A stretch of 58,290 nucleotides of DNA, the filler included, from Catajapyx aquilonaris (taxonomy: Eukaryota), in the NCBI GenBank assembly GCA_000934665.2. It is 2 parts of 2 records of this genome, joined end to end, with 100 filler letters (N's around TTAATTAATTAA, not from the genome) between each part and the next. Parts side by side here need not be neighbours in the genome. Positions count along the whole stretch, not along the records: positions 29,197 to 58,290 come from JYFJ02004830.1; 1 more part is not named here. One strand, 5' to 3'. Within the stretch, counting starts at the first letter, position 1, and every line of letters begins with the position of its first letter. The notes under the pieces are model-generated. The model did no database searches and had not been told where the DNA came from. It saw only the letters and a list, made by a program, of their open reading frames with translations. The translations under genes and the position numbers were made by a program. Positions 55,856 to 58,290 of the stretch are shown piece by piece.

Positions 55856-57669
55856 TTAATGGTGCAGTGCTGCGGTGCCAGCCAGTACGGTGGTCCTCTG
55901 CAAACAATATTTTAATGTCATGATGCAAGTACTCGGTGTTTCCAAACTAACCTCCTGTGGTGTACACCACTCCCAAGAGAGCAGTCCCTTGGCGTCGCAA
56001 GGCACCTCTGGCACAACAGCCCTCTGCTCAAACATCTTGCACAGGGCACTCAGCATCACATCAAAGGCTTCATCGCTCCATTCCTCCTCACCCTCATCTC
56101 CACCACCATTCTCAGGAGCTCCCTTAGCTCCACCCAGCAGCACATGTATCATCTCGCCCTTGGGCTTCCTGCTAAGAACCTTGGGTAACTCCCAGCCCAA
56201 GAGATACATTGCATCCACTCCCATGTCAAACTCCAGGAGTGGTCCCCTCCTATTTTGGGGGGCAAGCACCTTCACGCGCCGCACCCAACGGCAGCTAAGT
56301 TCCAGATCTTGTTTCTCATCGTATCCAGTGAGATCAGGATTGCCTGGCTCGGGTCTCTGGACACTGACAGCAAGCGAATGGGTACCAACGTTGATGTCTA
56401 CCCACCAGTTACGGTTGACTGGCTTCTGCAGAAAGTGATATAATTAATGTAAGCAATTTATCATCCAAAAACTAACTGGTGGTCAAGGAAAGAGTACGGG
56501 TAGGTCATGGATCCACCTTGCAATTACTAACTATAAGTCCAAAGTAGGGTGTCATTGACAATCACGATTGAAACCTGACCATCATTTTTTATATAAAATA
56601 TTGTCCTTGCAGTATTTGTAATTTATCAGCCATGTCAACTTACATAAGGATGAAGCTCCAGATCACCCATGAAGAACCTGTTACAAGTGTATGAAAATAC
56701 TGTCCTGCTGGAATGTGCAGAGCGGTTCAGGTAATTCAAGAACAAACGGCAATCCTGAAAACAATATTGTGGCATGAGTACGGTACTGCTACATCTAAGA
56801 TGTGAGAATGACATGTGACAACAACCTGTGCCGAGTTGGTGCGAGGGAACTTGGCTTGCATCATCTTCTTGTATGGAAACCAATCCTTCAGCAATGCTTC
56901 GTTACTCTGACAAGTGCGGAATATGTACTCCAGGCAAATGACACACTTTAATTGCAGGGGGTAGTAACCCATCTGAACCAGTGCTGCGCTCATTTCTGAC
57001 CTGTTCAGAATGGAACAAAGTGTCTCTCAACTGTTTCATATACAAACTGTGACAATACATACAACTGCTTCTTGTACACGTTGGCAAAGGCAGGCATAAT
57101 CCCATTTGGAAAATAGTTGAAGACCTTCTCCATGACCTCACATGCTTCCAGCCTCCTCTCATGAAGCGCAGTGGTCATCATCACCGTCTGATGCAGGGGC
57201 CTCCACATCCAGCAAGCCGTGCTCATATCCCAGTTGCCTGCTAGCTTGTAGAGCAGCGAGATCATTGCGGAGCAGTCATCCCAAGCAGTGGCCGACCCAA
57301 CTCCTAGGTCCGCATTCCACTCCACTAGCGCAGTGATGATGGTAATCACCGAAGCCATCATATCCTCAGTCAACTGCTTCTTCTCATAGGCCGCGGTCAG
57401 GTTGATGGTCACTTGAGCAATCTGATCCTTGGTCAGCTTCTTCTCATTCTTTGGAAATAATAGAGGGTTATTATGTCAGCCACAGATGGTTATGGGCTCA
57501 CCTTGGCTGTCCTGATGGCATTGACGAGCCTATCCATGGCCAGGCTGGTGAGGGTGGCCGTGGGCTTCTGCATGTGCTCCAGGAGTCCAGGGAGCCCCTC
57601 TGCAGCCGCCTTGCTCACATGCATGTTGAGGCTCGGGGCCAAATACGCTCCAGGACCAGGGGACGCCAT
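55856..57669 (-). CDS. SYCP2-like meiotic axis protein, N-terminal ARM + PH(Spt16M-like) module only (~450-470 aa)
   Basis: Minus-strand exons 57669-57502, 57448-57063, 57000-56826, 56754-56644, 56425-55856 (possible extra in-frame 54-nt intron 55951-55898), all GT-AG and in frame. MGYYPLQ..C.EYIFR, DCRLFLNYLN....RTVFSYTC..FFMGDLEL.P and WWVDINVGTHSLAV match remembered SYCP2 motifs GDYDLQ..EALCR, DCRIFLN..N....RRVFTFPC..AFLD..EL..P and FWIDFNLGS. Minus-strand AATAAA at 55544-55539. Confidence 0.72.
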
Positions 57670-58290
57670 CGTTACTTTTGCAATCAACTCTGGCTGATGG
57701 AACACTGGGGGACAAAATGGCGGCCACCAACGGTCAGATTCACAGGGATGCCAGACGATGCAACCGGTTTATTTTTGACGACCGTTGACGACTATGGGAA
57801 GCGATGGCCAAGAAGACTATAGGCACCTGCTGATTTTTAATGTGCTTCTTTATGCTTAAACGCTTTACGAAACATTATTTTTATTCTGCCTGGCGTTTCA
57901 TTATCTCCAAAATAATGTTGCCAAATGTAGTCCGGTCGCCACCACTGGAGGTTACCAGATGGCAGCACCACATTACGTGGGGGCCAGATTTTACACTATG
58001 AATATTTTAAGCGCAATTAATATACCAATTACGCATGTCGAATGTGCAAAATGTGTTTTACGACAGGACCTTACCTGAAATAGCGTCATAATTTGATAAT
58101 GTGCAAATATGAAAACTTGTGGGCCGTTCATAGTCTGTGCTGATAGGTGTGAGTTGGTGCCATGTCGCTATGACAAGGCAGGAGATGCATCTGCAGTCAA
58201 AATATCCATATGGATGATACATATGGATATCGTGTTGTTTTCGGTACACCAAATCAACACAACATCCATATGTATCATCCATGAGAAACA

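Noticed and set aside
57001..57062. Apparent frameshift or premature TGA (57005-57007) suggesting the SYCP2-like gene is a pseudogene
   Set aside because: A 62-nt minus-strand intron (GTATGT ... CTTTGTTCCATTCTGAACAG) removes the stop and restores the frame (KKQL|SEMSAAL).

Overview
Eukaryotic (metazoan, probably arthropod) genomic DNA with spliceosomal introns, not a prokaryotic locus. I assembled eight intron-containing genes by hand from splice sites and frame continuity. On the + strand: LRRC43-like (~3.6-15.2 kb), an SLC6 amino-acid (glycine-type) transporter (17.5-27.4 kb), Cu/Zn SOD1 (first exon not found, probably lost at the N-gap), exportin-4, arginyltransferase ATE1, an ankyrin-repeat/SOCS-box protein and akirin. 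On the - strand: a short SYCP2-like gene. Introns and intergenic DNA carry many non-autonomous transposons (fold-back MITE, Helentron/DINE-1-like element, hAT and Harbinger-like MITEs, a tRNA-derived SINE). Most notable: an orphan Taspase1/asparaginase-like first exon directly upstream of XPO4; a SYCP2-like gene encoding only the N-terminal ARM+PH module; a U12-type AT-AC intron in XPO4; duplicated mutually exclusive ATE1 exons; and an Asn-to-Ser change at the SLC6 Na1 site. Family assignments come from remembered motifs, and no database search was run.
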